Source: an uncultured virus (IMG/VR IMGVR_UViG_3300048780_000186) (lineage: Duplodnaviria > Heunggongvirae > Uroviricota > Caudoviricetes). Taken from it: a stretch of 64,000 nt of DNA. Position numbers and translations under genes: made by a program. The notes beneath the pieces were generated by a model. The model saw only the letters and a list, made by a program, of their open reading frames with translations. It made no database searches and was not told where the DNA came from. Positions within the stretch are counted from its first letter, which is position 1, and each line of letters starts with the position of its first letter. The stretch is taken from the IMG/VR virus record IMGVR_UViG_3300048780_000186. The stretch is one strand, 5' to 3'. This document shows positions 62,607 through 64,000 of this stretch, one piece after another.

Positions 62607-63110
62607 TCACGCCGCAGTTTGTTCCAGCGCCACCACTCCAGAAATGCCTTGATCATTGCGCTCCCAACTCTTGTTCGCCATCAGGTCAAGCCAGTAGATC
62701 CGCTCGGCCATCAGAATCCGGCCCAGCCAGTTCGTGCCTTGGCCATTGCAGACACCGTAGAAGTAGTCGTGCCAGGTGTTGCCCTCAACAAGATCGTGAG
62801 GGAAGGTATTCACCAGCTGAATGCGAATGTCCTTGTTCTGGGTGAACTTGGCATGAACCACCTCGGACATGACGATCAGACTGATCTCTTTCCAGTCCGG
62901 CCGCGTGAGATGCTTCAGCTCCTTCGAAAGCTTCTTGGCGCCTTTGCCATCCGTGCTCTCGTACTTGAGCCTGTATTCCTCATCTTGCGGCAGCAGCTTG
63001 GCCGCCTGGTAGGCGCTTTCGCCGTTCTGGTACAGATGGCCGCTATGCCACAGCGGCGCCTCATGGAAGTTCGACAACCAACGATATTCGCCCATGAATG
63101 AATCGATCAT
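62607..63110 (-). CDS. NADAR (YbiA-like) family protein
   Basis: WLSNF, ESAYQAAK, RPDW, AKFTQN, LVEGNTWHDYFYG, GTNWLGRILM. Confidence 0.9.
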   Translation of the reverse strand: MIDSFMGEYRWLSNFHEAPLWHSGHLYQNGESAYQAAKLLPQDEEYRLKYESTDGKGAKKLSKELKHLTRPDWKEISLIVMSEVVHAKFTQNKDIRIQLVNTFPHDLVEGNTWHDYFYGVCNGQGTNWLGRILMAERIYWLDLMANKSWERNDQGISGVVALEQTAA

Positions 63111-63238
63111 CTTCAACCTTTCCGTCCCTGTGTCCCGATAGGAGCATCGCCAAACGTTCCCGTCAGAAACACAGGGCACGGGCGGTGAGACCGGATCGTT
63201 GGCGCGACCGGTACATAGTCTCTTTCCGCAGCTTGAGG

Positions 63239-63481
63239 CTACCGAGGTTTAACCTCAGTGCCCGTCCAAACGTGTGTTGCGGGTTCAGCCTTCATGGTCT
63301 TGGGTAGCTGCCGGCCTTCCCAGTGAACTTCGCTGGGCTCAAAGGTTCGGCTGTATTCACACGCTGTTTCCGCGTCCTCGTCACCTTCGAGGGCTTTCTT
63401 GAAAGCCTCTTCGATGGTCTCGGCTTCCACTTCCTTGGTGGCCCAGTGAAGCTCGGGTACTTCGATCTCAAACCTTGCCAT
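63239..63481 (-). CDS. hypothetical protein
   Basis: EVEAETIEEA. Confidence 0.6.
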   Translation of the reverse strand: MARFEIEVPELHWATKEVEAETIEEAFKKALEGDEDAETACEYSRTFEPSEVHWEGRQLPKTMKAEPATHVWTGTEVKPR

Positions 63482-63601
63482 CGGTTCCTCCGTTGCAGGG
63501 TACTTCGTAGGCTTCGTGAAGGTCGTCGGCCTTCATCAGGAAGCGGCGCGCGCCTTCGCGCAAGCAGGCTTCATCCAACAGGATGGGATTCCAAAGTCAT
63601 T

Positions 63602-63934
63602 TCACTTCACTCGCACCATCGTCGTTGTAGCGAGGGTGTCGTAGACGGTGTCCAGCATCTGTTTGGCTAAGGCTCGTCCATCCGGATCGGCCATCAGAGC
63701 CACAAACTCCGGACTCTCGTTCCACAGGCTGAAGACCAGCGCTTTGAGGCCGGCGATGTCGCCACGGTCGATGAACTCCGAGCACCGCTCGCAGGCAGCC
63801 CAGACACGCGTGTAGTTGTGAGCGGGGCCGACTTCCGGCCCGGACTCCACAAACATGCGCACCAAGATGTCCCGGCCCGCGTCATAATGTCGTGTGGCTA
63901 AGTGCTGGCTGCAGAAATCACAATTGTCTGGCAT
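63602..63934 (-). CDS. zinc-binding hypothetical protein
   Basis: CDFCS...WAACERC. Confidence 0.65.
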   Translation of the reverse strand: MPDNCDFCSQHLATRHYDAGRDILVRMFVESGPEVGPAHNYTRVWAACERCSEFIDRGDIAGLKALVFSLWNESPEFVALMADPDGRALAKQMLDTVYDTLATTTMVRVK

Positions 63935-63949
63935 CGTGCTCCTTCAAAT

Positions 63950-64000
63950 TGGCAGGGGCGACAGGATTTGAACCTGCAGTGAACTTGCGTTCCGTGGCTT
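63950..64000 (-). tRNA. 3' part of a class II tRNA (long variable arm, G73, possibly Ser); anticodon outside window
   Basis: GAAC-GCAA-GTTC arm, GCAGGTTCAAATCCTGT, GCCA end. Confidence 0.8.

Noticed and set aside
18..63101. Long plus-strand ORFs (e.g. 18-1037, 5684-7642, 14148-15494, 18481-19926, 28451-30139)
   Set aside because: They are antisense shadows of well-supported minus-strand genes in GC-rich DNA and carry no recognisable motifs.
1..64000. Genome-wide stop-codon reassignment
   Set aside because: TAA, TAG and TGA all terminate conserved genes at expected positions, and only one in-frame stop was seen.

Overview
This window looks like the early, replication and host-takeover region of a large, GC-rich dsDNA phage or phage-like element. 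Roughly 100 tightly packed, often translationally coupled genes lie on the minus strand, and one HTH-XRE regulator lies on the plus strand. No capsid, tail, integrase or CRISPR features are visible. Replication and recombination genes include a primase-helicase, a family A DNA polymerase split into two genes, a beta clamp, a DnaX-like loader, SSB, two ATP-dependent ligases, RNase H, RecA with a UvsY-like partner, a Rad52-like protein, RecD2, a SNF2 helicase, Cas4-like nucleases and RuvC. Nucleotide metabolism genes include class II RNR, Tmk, MazG-like proteins, a deoxyribosyltransferase and UDG. Accessory modules are a Ycf46-like AAA+/DUF1257/DUF2997/radical SAM cluster and a PRTRC ubiquitin-like cassette next to a Cdc123-like ATP-grasp gene. 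An RNA and translation region holds tRNAs, Pth2, TrmH and a circularly permuted two-piece tmRNA; Def lies separately near RNase H. The most striking signals are the permuted tmRNA with a 30-aa tag and an element antisense to its 5' end, several unannotated structured RNAs, the split polymerase, two dispersed operator-like motifs and frequent C-terminal -AA ends. All family calls come from motif recognition by eye, not database searches.
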